Shown: positions 49,283-58,587, counted from the stretch's first letter. The stretch: DNA of 64,000 nt from Candidatus Poseidoniaceae archaeon (GCA_030747785.1 JASLKC010000024.1:6235-70234); one strand, 5' to 3'. Made by a program: numbers and translations. Notes: generated from the sequence alone by a model not told the origin.

Positions 49283-50227
49283 ATGGGTATCACAGCAATG
49301 ATTCCGAATATGACCTTCAAACAATTGCAAGATGAAGCGAATAGTCGCTGGGGTGAAATTTGGGATTCTGGTGCTGACCGCATCCGAGTTCTACTCCTAA
49401 TTCCACGCACTCAAAGGAAATTGCTCGAACTTCATGGTGATATGATTGAACATGGACAACCTGTGATGGCGATTTTCCATAGACCTCGCGTAGAGGCACA
49501 TCTCCTTGAGGAAGTGGGATTCGACCCACGCTTAGCTTCATTCCAATTTCTCGACATAGCAAGTGCCGATTTGGGCCCGTGGATGCAGCAATTAGTAACT
49601 CAAGAAGGATGGTTGCGAAGTATTGTTGAAATTGCCCCTGTACCATTTGTTGTCGACATACCTAATCAAAGGACCTTTGAGCGACACAATATCCTCTGTT
49701 TCAGACACGCTGATCTTCCCTCACTTTCGAATTATCACCTTCCATATCCAATTGATGCTCTGGTCGGTAAGGCCTTCGTTTCGCTTCCACGCCGACAAGC
49801 CGCAGAACTTGCAAAGCAACAGGCGGAAATACTCGGTGTTGGACTTGCAAAACCTGAACCAGTAAAGGCCGAAGTCCCAGTTGTAACTGATACACCTGAG
49901 CCTGTAGTTCCAAACCCTGTGCCTGAAATGGAGGTTGCATTTGTTACTGAAATGGTGCCTGAGCCAATGGGTGAAGCATCCGTTCCACTCCCTGGTGCAC
50001 CTCAGCCAGAGGTGGAAGAAAGTGTTCCACTCCCCAGTAAGGCAGTTGAAGTGGTAAATGATATGCCTGAAATCGAAATCGAATTCCGTGGCATAGTGCA
50101 AACATTGCTAGATGAAGGAGTGGACCCCTCAGAAATGATGAGTGACCCTCGACTTGAAGATGTTCAGGAAAGAGCAATGGCAATCGACTTTGAGACTTGG
50201 CCGGTTTTCATGCAAATGGTAACTTGA
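49283..50227 (+). CDS. Hypothetical protein with Pro/Glu-rich linker
   Basis: 314-aa ORF filling the gap, co-oriented with its neighbours; no recognised motif. Confidence 0.7.
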   Translation: MGITAMIPNMTFKQLQDEANSRWGEIWDSGADRIRVLLLIPRTQRKLLELHGDMIEHGQPVMAIFHRPRVEAHLLEEVGFDPRLASFQFLDIASADLGPWMQQLVTQEGWLRSIVEIAPVPFVVDIPNQRTFERHNILCFRHADLPSLSNYHLPYPIDALVGKAFVSLPRRQAAELAKQQAEILGVGLAKPEPVKAEVPVVTDTPEPVVPNPVPEMEVAFVTEMVPEPMGEASVPLPGAPQPEVEESVPLPSKAVEVVNDMPEIEIEFRGIVQTLLDEGVDPSEMMSDPRLEDVQERAMAIDFETWPVFMQMVT

Positions 50228-50267
50228 ACATCGGTGGGTTGAAGGACATCACCGCTCTGGGAGTGAC

Positions 50268-50462
50268 ATGGCATTCTGTATCTCATGTGGACAGATGCAA
50301 ACCGATGGCACCCGTTTCTGTCGTTTTTGTGGCGGGCAGCAGCCTAGTGACCAATTAGTAGCTCGCCTTCGAATGGAGGCTGAAGCGATTCGTTACCAAA
50401 TTCAACAATTGCAGCAACAACAGATGCAGCAGATGGGACATGGCCAGCAGCGCCGTTGGTGA
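50268..50462 (+). CDS. Small zinc-ribbon protein with Gln-rich tail
   Basis: FCISCG...RFCRFCG; own TTGAA element 29 nt upstream. Confidence 0.75.
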   Translation: MAFCISCGQMQTDGTRFCRFCGGQQPSDQLVARLRMEAEAIRYQIQQLQQQQMQQMGHGQQRRW

Positions 50463-51016
50463 TGCCTTTGCGACTTCGCCACTTGGCGATGGCTCTGTCT
50501 AAATTGCCAAGGCATCCTTGTAATGCAGTTGAACTTGAACAATATCAGACCGAAGGAGACCTCGCAGCAAATTGGTTGATGAGAATTGATGCTATCGATT
50601 CCTTAGCCGGGAAAAAGGTCCTTGACCTCGGGGCTGGAAATGGAATTCTTGGCCACGGTGCATCATTGCTTGGTGCAGATGTTATCTTTGTCGAATGTGA
50701 TAGCAATGCAGCAACTCTGTGTCGTGATTTGGGTGAAACGATAGAGGGCCGGGTTGGTGAGGTCGAACTTCCGGATGTTGATATCGTAATCACCAATCCT
50801 CCATGGGGAGTTCAGACCCATGGTGCTGACAGAATATTCATTGATTCTGCACTAGGAGTTGCACCGATATTACACATAATGCACAGTGCTCAAGCTAGTC
50901 ATCTACCAGAAGGGGACCTCATCATGGAAGCCGAATTCCGAATGCCGGCCACTTATGCTCATCACACAAGTAAAACCGGCTCGACAAACGTAGCATGTTG
51001 GCGTATCACTCGATGA
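50462..51016 (+). CDS. METTL5/COG2263-family N6-adenine RNA methyltransferase
   Basis: LEQYQT, VLDLGAGNGILG, NPPWG. Confidence 0.88.
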   Translation: MPLRLRHLAMALSKLPRHPCNAVELEQYQTEGDLAANWLMRIDAIDSLAGKKVLDLGAGNGILGHGASLLGADVIFVECDSNAATLCRDLGETIEGRVGEVELPDVDIVITNPPWGVQTHGADRIFIDSALGVAPILHIMHSAQASHLPEGDLIMEAEFRMPATYAHHTSKTGSTNVACWRITR

Positions 51017-51060
51017 TGGGGGTTGAAAAGGGGAGAGCCCCCGCCTCGGAGTGTATTCCC

Positions 51061-51077
51061 GTAGCCCGTAGGGCTAC
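51061..51077. promoter_or_regulatory. Triloop hairpin GTAGCCC-GTA-GGGCTAC upstream of csl4
   Basis: Perfect 7-bp inverted repeat 27 nt before the ATG at 51105. Confidence 0.55.
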
Positions 51078-51104
51078 TCCCCCCAACAAAATGAGCGTGA
51101 TAAT

Positions 51105-52520
51105 ATGGCGAGCATCGTCACCCCCGGTACCGTAATTGGTACAACAGATAGCAACACTCCTGGTGAAGGAGTAATTGAAAGAGATGGCAACTTAGTTGCC
51201 TTATTGACAGGAACTCCAGTTGAAAATGACAATGTCATTTCAATCGAAGCTGGAACAGAACTACTCCGTATCGAAGCCGGAGACTACATCATCGGTGAGG
51301 TCGTCAAACTCAACGAAAAAGCAGGTGAAGTAATGGTTAAATCTGTAATTGGAAAACCAGATCGTTCAATCATGGCTGACCAATTGTACGCACAATTCCA
51401 TGTTACAAGAATTTGTGATCGTTTTCTACACAATACCGCTGACGGATTACGTCGTCGGGATTTGATTAGAGCAAAGGTTACCGAAGCAAAAAATGTCATT
51501 CGTATCGACATGCGTGAAGATCCAACATGTGGAGTTCTTTGGGCGCTTTGCCCCCCATGTGGTGATACATTCGTAGCCGAGCAAAATGGAGATTGGAATG
51601 TGGTTTGCCCAACTTGTGACAACCGTGCTTTCCGTGCTCTTGCTGATGATTACGGTGGCGAGGCAGGTAAGGCTGCCCTCAATGGCTCGGGTAAGCGCTG
51701 GGGCAAAGAAGCAGAGTCACTATTCGCCAAAGGTAGCGCAGGACGTGCTACTTTCATCGCTGAAGATGTGCGTGAAGATGGACGTGCTCGTGAATACTTC
51801 CGATTCGAAGGCGATGGTGGCCGTGGTGGCGGTGGACAACGCCGTCCAAGAAATGACCCCGGTTGCAGACTATTCATCGGTGGCTTGTCACGTGATGTAT
51901 CCGAAGATGAACTCAAGTCCAAATTCAAGGACCATGGAAAGGTCACAGACTTCGCATTGATGACTGATGATACCGGCACTAGCCGTGGATTCGCATTCTG
52001 TACTTTCGAAAAGAAGGAAATGGCAGATGCAGCGATTAAGGCACTCGATGGGCTTCGCCTAAAGGGTCGTAAAATCGGTGTGCGCGATGCTGATGCACCC
52101 AAGGAAGAGAAGCCGAGACGAAAGCGCCCTGAAGGTGCTCGAATCTATGTTGGAAATCTGCCGTTCAAGGCTAGTGAAGATGAACTAGCGGCATTGTTCA
52201 AAGATCACTGCGATAGTGTCCACGCCGAGTGGGCAACAGACCGAAATGGCCGGCGCAAGGCATTCGCATTCGTGACCATCAAACCTGAGTCAAAGGGAGA
52301 TGAAGTGGCGAAGAAACTCAACGGAGTCGAATTATCTGGCCGTACTCTAAAGGTGGAATTATCCAAACCACGAGAGGGTGGAAACCGCAGAAATGATAAC
52401 CGCTCAAATCGCGGTGGTAAGCCTAGTGAAAATGGCGGTAAATCATCTCGAGAACTTCGTGCTCTACAAGAAGAAGAGCAAGATGCAAAGAAGAAGCCCC
52501 GTAGGCCGAAAAAGGACTGA
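51105..52520 (+). CDS. csl4: Exosome cap subunit Csl4 fused to two RRM domains
   Basis: IVTPGTVIG..PGEGV N-domain, S1-like domain (GDYIIGEV..DLIRAKV), GV..ALCPPCG..CPTC Zn ribbon; RRM1 LFIGGL/RGFAFCTF; RRM2 IYVGNL/KAFAFVTI. Confidence 0.85.
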   Translation: MASIVTPGTVIGTTDSNTPGEGVIERDGNLVALLTGTPVENDNVISIEAGTELLRIEAGDYIIGEVVKLNEKAGEVMVKSVIGKPDRSIMADQLYAQFHVTRICDRFLHNTADGLRRRDLIRAKVTEAKNVIRIDMREDPTCGVLWALCPPCGDTFVAEQNGDWNVVCPTCDNRAFRALADDYGGEAGKAALNGSGKRWGKEAESLFAKGSAGRATFIAEDVREDGRAREYFRFEGDGGRGGGGQRRPRNDPGCRLFIGGLSRDVSEDELKSKFKDHGKVTDFALMTDDTGTSRGFAFCTFEKKEMADAAIKALDGLRLKGRKIGVRDADAPKEEKPRRKRPEGARIYVGNLPFKASEDELAALFKDHCDSVHAEWATDRNGRRKAFAFVTIKPESKGDEVAKKLNGVELSGRTLKVELSKPREGGNRRNDNRSNRGGKPSENGGKSSRELRALQEEEQDAKKKPRRPKKD

Positions 52521-52528
52521 GTGTTAGT

Positions 52529-54259
52529 ATGGTTGAGTCGGGAGAGCCCTCCTGGCTAGTCATCGATGGCTATGAAGACGAGCCTGCTGCATTCGGAGTT
52601 CCTCCTTATGTTGGATTTCATGTCAGATACATTTGTGGAGTATTAGAAGAGGCTGGGATCTCATATGAATACCAAACTATTGACCAATACCGTATCGAAG
52701 GTGCATCGCTCGAAAATAGGCTTGGAATTGTGGTATTAGCAGGAGCAATTGTCCCAGGGAAATATCTCAGGGGAACTCCTATTTCTCTGAAGGAAACTAG
52801 AACAATCATCTCTGGAGTCTCTGGAGGAATACCAATTCTTTGCGGTGGATGGGCGATTAGAGGATGGCGCCAACAAGGTTGGAACCCTCTACGAATGAAT
52901 CTCTTCCTTGCAGTTCAAGACACAGATGCAACCCTCTCTCATTACTTGAGAAATGAAGAATGGAAGCACCAGCGGAGAAATTCGGATGAATGGACTCGGT
53001 GGGCACATGCTGGAGCTCGCTCAAAGGCCGTTAAAGATAATCCTGATCTAAATGGCCCACTGACCTATGAAGTCGAAGTATACCAAGGATGTGTGCGCTA
53101 CAAGCGTGGATGCAAATTTTGCATTGAGCCAAAGAAGGGAGTTCCTATTTGGCGCAGTCCAGAGGACATCATCACAGAGGTAGGAATCGCTCATGATATG
53201 GGTGTTGAACATGTTAGACTTGGAGGAATGACTGACACCTATACCTACATGGCAGAAGGGGTTGTTGAGATGGAATACCCTCGGCCAAATCCTGAACCAA
53301 TCGCTAACCTTCTCCATGGACTTCGAGAGGATGAGCGCCTTGGAATTCTCCACACCGACAATGCTAATCCATCCATAATTGCAGAACATCTTGAGGAGTC
53401 CGAGGAAATTACTCGCACTCTCATCGATACACTATCCGACGGTGCTGTACTCTCATTTGGACTTGAGAGTGCGGACCCAACTGTCCATGAAGCAAACTGG
53501 CTCAATTGTAATAGCGACCAATTGAAATCAGCAATTTCACTCATCAACAAATACGGTAGAGGGCGCGGTGAAAGGGGGCTTCCAAAGCTATTACCGGGCC
53601 TCAATTTCATTGCTGGCCTCACTGGGGAAACCGCCCAAACCTACAACCTAAACCGGGAACTTCTTCATGAACTAAAAAATGAAGGCCACATGATTAGAAG
53701 AGTAAATATCCGCCAGGTCGAGGGAGATGGTTTTCAAGAAATAGACGAAAAAGAATTTCATTCTTTCAAAAAAACAGTGAGGGAGGAATTCGATGGCCCT
53801 CTGCTTGAGGAGATGCTGCCTACTGGTACAATATTACGAGACGTATGGTGGGAATCCCACGAGGGAAGAACAAGATTACCTCGCCACCTAGAGGCGGCGG
53901 CTAGAGATACTAAGATACACGGAAAGGCGGGAATTACCTTTGGTCGGCAAATCGGAGCATATCCAATTCTCATTGGAATGAATTATCTCGCACCACTAGA
54001 ATCAACTTCCAACATTCTTGTCACCGGACATGGTGCAAGATCTATCACCGGAGTCGAATGTGGACTCAAGATGAATCAAATCACAGAGAAACAACTCGCA
54101 GCAATCCCAGGTATTGGTACGAAAAGTGCTTGGAACTTGGTCAGTGAAAGAGCAAAAGCGATCTCAAAGGGGCGAGATTTTGAAAATCTAGATGATTGGT
54201 TCAACTCGATTGATACACAATTGCCAGAACTGGCAAAGCAAATCATCGACAATCCTTGA
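52529..54259 (+). CDS. Radical SAM protein with C-terminal helix-hairpin-helix (COG1031-like)
   Basis: IDGYEDEPAAFGVPPY, GCVRYKRGCKFCIEP, GLES, FGRQIGAYP, LAAIPGIG. Confidence 0.88.
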   Translation: MVESGEPSWLVIDGYEDEPAAFGVPPYVGFHVRYICGVLEEAGISYEYQTIDQYRIEGASLENRLGIVVLAGAIVPGKYLRGTPISLKETRTIISGVSGGIPILCGGWAIRGWRQQGWNPLRMNLFLAVQDTDATLSHYLRNEEWKHQRRNSDEWTRWAHAGARSKAVKDNPDLNGPLTYEVEVYQGCVRYKRGCKFCIEPKKGVPIWRSPEDIITEVGIAHDMGVEHVRLGGMTDTYTYMAEGVVEMEYPRPNPEPIANLLHGLREDERLGILHTDNANPSIIAEHLEESEEITRTLIDTLSDGAVLSFGLESADPTVHEANWLNCNSDQLKSAISLINKYGRGRGERGLPKLLPGLNFIAGLTGETAQTYNLNRELLHELKNEGHMIRRVNIRQVEGDGFQEIDEKEFHSFKKTVREEFDGPLLEEMLPTGTILRDVWWESHEGRTRLPRHLEAAARDTKIHGKAGITFGRQIGAYPILIGMNYLAPLESTSNILVTGHGARSITGVECGLKMNQITEKQLAAIPGIGTKSAWNLVSERAKAISKGRDFENLDDWFNSIDTQLPELAKQIIDNP

Positions 54260-54264
54260 TGGAA

Positions 54265-55827
54265 TCACTCACTGACCCAGGAATAGGTACGCATACCTTC
54301 CTCTGTTCCTTCTGAACCTACATCGACAAGTGCGAATTCACCTTTTGGAGTGATTACCGACTTAGTTGCCAATCCCTTGTGCAAAGCCTCGTAAGTTTCT
54401 CGATCTATTGCCATTCGCCCTTCTAATCTCTCAAAGAGATTCCAACGTGATGCAATTTCGCGCCATGTCGGTTGGATTTCTGCCTCGAAAACCTTGGCCT
54501 TTGCGCCTGAGCCATAACCACACAGGCCCATCATCTGATAGTCAAGATTTGCATTCTCTTCATAATCCGCTTCAAAGGTCGACATCAATGCGAGGAAAAT
54601 CGAACCGGTGTATTGGTTGCCAATTAACGAAGATGCCCTCTGCCCTTTCTCAATTCGGTCTTCGATGAATTGCTTGAAGGACTCGGTCTTGGAGATGGCA
54701 CGGCGGTGTGAATCCATTTCAATCTCCCATTCTTGAATAGTTCCAAAATCGGATTCAAGTGGTTCTTCTCCAATTAGTTTCTCGATTTCTTTCCATTCCG
54801 GAAGATGCTCACGGTCGTATCGGAAAACATCAGGGAACATTCGCTTGGCTTGGAATGCATATGGTAAATGCATAATGATGCGTGCCCACTGTTCTGTCAG
54901 AACCTCATCCAACTCTGGGTCATAACGTCCTTGTGAGATTGCCTTATCTCTGAAATGTGTAAATGCCTGTTTGACAGCATCTCGATAACAACGATTAGAA
55001 AATTGGCCATCAAATAATGGTTCATCCCTGTGAACTTTGATACTATCTTCACCGTGTGCGAATATCCCTAGGCGACGAACTGTGGATTCTGGAAGATGCT
55101 TTACCATCGATTCCGCCAAGCCCTCTTTGAGAGTAGCGCCAGTTTCTCTAGCTAATTGGAGAACATGCGTAATTACGCTGGAGATAGAAACTTCACGTCT
55201 TGGCTTGAAGAAATCATGGACGGGAGTGGTAGATACCCCCCAGCGATCTGGAATTACGACTAATCGTGGATTATGGCGAACTAGCAAAGCGCCTCCGCCG
55301 GCTCCCTGAGTATATTCACCAGTTGACTCTAAGTCGTATTTTGCATTATCAGAGAATACTACTATTCCGAGTCTGTCATCATCTTCTCCTCCGCGAGCAA
55401 CCCAATCCAGAGTATTGTGTAGAGCATCTACTGCACCGATGCATGCGAAGGTCATGTCTACTACATCGCAACCGCGGAAACAGTCGTTGCCAAATCGTTC
55501 GCTATATCTCGAATGAAGCATGTCAAGAATGTAGGTCGCAGTTGGTTTTGCACCATCTAACGCAGATTCGGTTCCAAGATAAATTCGTCCGATTGAACTA
55601 GGAATGATGCCGTTGCGGTCGATTAATCTGCAAACTGCATTAGCGCCCATGGTAGCAGTGTCCTCATGGACATCGGGAATTGCCATCGCTGCAAGACCAA
55701 GTCCCTTGTTCAATTTACCGAAATCGGCACCACGCATTTCTGCAAAATCTTCCATATCCATATACAGACGAGGAAAATGCAATGCCATGTCGTCAATACC
55801 GACATTCGATGCCATGCTCGGTGCCAT
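54265..55827 (-). CDS. Hydroxymethylglutaryl-CoA synthase (bacterial-type)
   Basis: EDTATMGANA, GTESALD, FACIG (catalytic Cys), EYTQGAG, DFFKP, HLPY, GNQYTGS, GYGSG. Start may be 55815. Confidence 0.92.
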   Translation of the reverse strand: MAPSMASNVGIDDMALHFPRLYMDMEDFAEMRGADFGKLNKGLGLAAMAIPDVHEDTATMGANAVCRLIDRNGIIPSSIGRIYLGTESALDGAKPTATYILDMLHSRYSERFGNDCFRGCDVVDMTFACIGAVDALHNTLDWVARGGEDDDRLGIVVFSDNAKYDLESTGEYTQGAGGGALLVRHNPRLVVIPDRWGVSTTPVHDFFKPRREVSISSVITHVLQLARETGATLKEGLAESMVKHLPESTVRRLGIFAHGEDSIKVHRDEPLFDGQFSNRCYRDAVKQAFTHFRDKAISQGRYDPELDEVLTEQWARIIMHLPYAFQAKRMFPDVFRYDREHLPEWKEIEKLIGEEPLESDFGTIQEWEIEMDSHRRAISKTESFKQFIEDRIEKGQRASSLIGNQYTGSIFLALMSTFEADYEENANLDYQMMGLCGYGSGAKAKVFEAEIQPTWREIASRWNLFERLEGRMAIDRETYEALHKGLATKSVITPKGEFALVDVGSEGTEEGMRTYSWVSE

Positions 55828-55934
55828 GTAGATTTACCTTTAACGGCTCCGCCGGTCAATACTCGACAAGTCGTTGTTGTCTACAACATCGTTTACGCCA
55901 AGCGTTTTTTGACTGAATACATACACGGAGTGAT

Positions 55935-56660
55935 ATGGGCATAATTGAGGCTGCAAAGTCACTCTCCCAAAGATGCAATTCTATCCGGGAGGATTTGATT
56001 GCACAAACAATTGTTGCTCACGTCACAAATCCTCTTGATTATGCATGGGAATACCATGAGTCATACCTCAGACAATACTCAAAACTCGGAGCAAAAACCC
56101 TGCTACTTGGGATGAATCCAGGGCCGTATGGAATGGCACAATGCAGCGTGCCTTTTGGGGCAACTGAAATAGCGCGAGATTTTTTATTGGTTACTGGAGA
56201 TATTAGCGACCCTATTGGTCGCCATCCTAAACGACCAATAGAGGGATTGAATTTTGCTCGTCAAGAGGTTAGTGGAACCAGATTGTGGGGGTTATTACGC
56301 GATATCTGGAATGACCCTATTACTATTCATCAAAATGTATTCTTGGTCAATCATTGCCCTTTGCTCCTACTCGGGGAGTCCGGAAAGAACATCACTCCCG
56401 ACAATATTTCTGGTAAAGCAGTGAATTCTCTGTTAGAAGAGTGTGATAATCATCTGCGAGAAGTCGTGAAAATTATGGGAATCGAACGAGTAATTGGCGT
56501 TGGGAAATATGCCCAAAAGCGGGCGCTGAAAGCATTAGCAGGTTTGGATGTCGATATAACGACATGTTGGCACCCTTCACCGGCTTCACCTCTTGCTAAT
56601 CGTAATGATGGAGCAGATTGGCGGGATAATGTGAGGGCGGTTCTGCTGGGAGAGGATTGA
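55935..56660 (+). CDS. SMUG1-family (family 3) uracil-DNA glycosylase
   Basis: NPLDYA, LGMNPGPYGMAQ..VPFG, EVSGTRLW, NHCPL, HPSPASP. Confidence 0.9.
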   Translation: MGIIEAAKSLSQRCNSIREDLIAQTIVAHVTNPLDYAWEYHESYLRQYSKLGAKTLLLGMNPGPYGMAQCSVPFGATEIARDFLLVTGDISDPIGRHPKRPIEGLNFARQEVSGTRLWGLLRDIWNDPITIHQNVFLVNHCPLLLLGESGKNITPDNISGKAVNSLLEECDNHLREVVKIMGIERVIGVGKYAQKRALKALAGLDVDITTCWHPSPASPLANRNDGADWRDNVRAVLLGED

Positions 56661-56667
56661 TAGGTAG

Positions 56668-58587
56668 ATGTGCTCTATCATGTTCATGCCTCCCCGAGAA
56701 ATGGCTTGGCCCAAACAATCAGATGACCGCCAATGGGTAAAACCCGAAGGTGATGATCCTCGAACTCTATACCAAATGCTGATGGTAAGTACTAGCAGAT
56801 TTGGCGATGAACCATGCTTTGGATTCATCCCTGCCCCGGGTATGGGACGAATTCACTTGACCTACAATGAATTTGGTGAACTTACAACCTCTGTTGCAAA
56901 GAGACTACGCGACCTTGGGGTAGAAAAAGCCGACCGAATTGCACTGATTCTTGACAACTCAGTTGAGTGGGCAGCATGTGCATATGGTGGAAGTGCTATT
57001 GGCGCAGCGTATACTGCTATGTACACTCACCAACATGGCAAAGATTGGGCATTTATTCTCGAAGATTCTACACCAAAAATAGTCGTGGTTCAAAATACCG
57101 AAGTTCTCGACAAACTCTGTACTAGTCTTCCTGACGATGGATGGCCTCCATGTGGAGTCATTCTTCTTGGAGATGATGAAGCGAATGAACTACCGCCTGA
57201 GGGCGTTACCGTCCACCGATGGGCGGAATTCGTTGCGGCCGGCAGATCTGCTGAAGACCTCACAGAAATTGCAGATGACCCATTTGCATTGTCCACACTC
57301 ATCTACACCTCTGGAACAACAGGCAGTCCAAAGGGTGTCATGCTCACCAACTGGAACACACTTTCCAACGTACTTTGTGTACAAGGTGTATTCGAATTAT
57401 ATCCTGGTGATAAGAATGCAGCATTCTTGCCTTGGGCTCACTCCTTTGGTTCGACATTCGATTTACATTGGATGATCCGAATGGGAGTTCACATCAATCT
57501 GATTTCAGACCTAACAAAGATTGCTGATGAGTGTATCGAAATTAAGCCGGCTGCTCTTCTTGCTGTACCACGTGTATGGAACAAATTCTACGATAAGGTA
57601 AACAGTCAATTCGAAAGTGCGACTGGTTTGAAAAAGATGTTTATTGGCAAGGCTCAGAAATCCGCCGAAAAGAGAATCGCAGAGGCTGGTGTCGAATGTG
57701 ACGCTGTTCCACCAAGCGGCTTCTTTGACAAACTCTGGGATAAATTGGTTTGGAGCAAGGTACGTGCCCGATTCGGCGGCAACATTCGTTTCTGCATGTC
57801 TGGTGCTGCAGCTCTTTCGCCCGATGTTGCAGGCTTTGTCCAAAAGGTCGGATTCAGTTGCTACGAAGGATACGGACTCACTGAAACTAGCCCACTTGTT
57901 TCGGCAAATGGCTGGATGGGGAATGGAAAAAGTAGACTACGCACCGTTGGAATGCCAGCAAATGGCGTTACTGTCAAAATTGACCTCGATGCATGGGATG
58001 ACCCCGACCGAGCAGATGAGGGCGAGATTGTTGTTTATGGCCCCAATGTAATGGGCGGATACTGGAATCTTCCTGAAGCTACTGCTGAAGTAATGACTGA
58101 CGACGGTGGGTTCCGAACTGGGGACCTAGGAAAGATGGTCGATGGCTATCTCTCTATCACCGGACGTGTCAAGAGCCAATTCAAGTTAGAAAATGGAAAG
58201 TATGTATCACCGGCTCCACTTGAGGAGAATCTCAAACTGAGTCCGCTTGTCGAGCAATGTGTTCTCGACGGACGAAATATGAGGAATACTTACCTGATTG
58301 TTCATCCAGCGATTAAGCCTCTATGCGAAGCTCTTACTGCTGCGGGAATTACTCCTCCTAAGGATAAAACCGACATTTGCAACAGTTCTGAAGTCAAAGC
58401 TTGGCTACTCAAGCATCTTTCGGAAAACAACATGCAAGAGCCAACATGGAAAGGATATGAAAAGGCGCGTAATATCATTCTAGATCCAGAAGAGTGGTCA
58501 GTAGACAATGACTTGATGACTCCATCTCTAAAGGTCAAACTACGCAACCTATTGGACCGTCACGACGAGGCAATCAAAGCCCTTTGA
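56668..58587 (+). CDS. Long-chain fatty acid--CoA ligase
   Basis: YTSGTTGSPKGV, EGYGLTETSP, FRTGDLG, GRVK..NGKYV, TPSLKVK. Start may be 56680 or 56686. Confidence 0.92.
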   Translation: MCSIMFMPPREMAWPKQSDDRQWVKPEGDDPRTLYQMLMVSTSRFGDEPCFGFIPAPGMGRIHLTYNEFGELTTSVAKRLRDLGVEKADRIALILDNSVEWAACAYGGSAIGAAYTAMYTHQHGKDWAFILEDSTPKIVVVQNTEVLDKLCTSLPDDGWPPCGVILLGDDEANELPPEGVTVHRWAEFVAAGRSAEDLTEIADDPFALSTLIYTSGTTGSPKGVMLTNWNTLSNVLCVQGVFELYPGDKNAAFLPWAHSFGSTFDLHWMIRMGVHINLISDLTKIADECIEIKPAALLAVPRVWNKFYDKVNSQFESATGLKKMFIGKAQKSAEKRIAEAGVECDAVPPSGFFDKLWDKLVWSKVRARFGGNIRFCMSGAAALSPDVAGFVQKVGFSCYEGYGLTETSPLVSANGWMGNGKSRLRTVGMPANGVTVKIDLDAWDDPDRADEGEIVVYGPNVMGGYWNLPEATAEVMTDDGGFRTGDLGKMVDGYLSITGRVKSQFKLENGKYVSPAPLEENLKLSPLVEQCVLDGRNMRNTYLIVHPAIKPLCEALTAAGITPPKDKTDICNSSEVKAWLLKHLSENNMQEPTWKGYEKARNIILDPEEWSVDNDLMTPSLKVKLRNLLDRHDEAIKAL

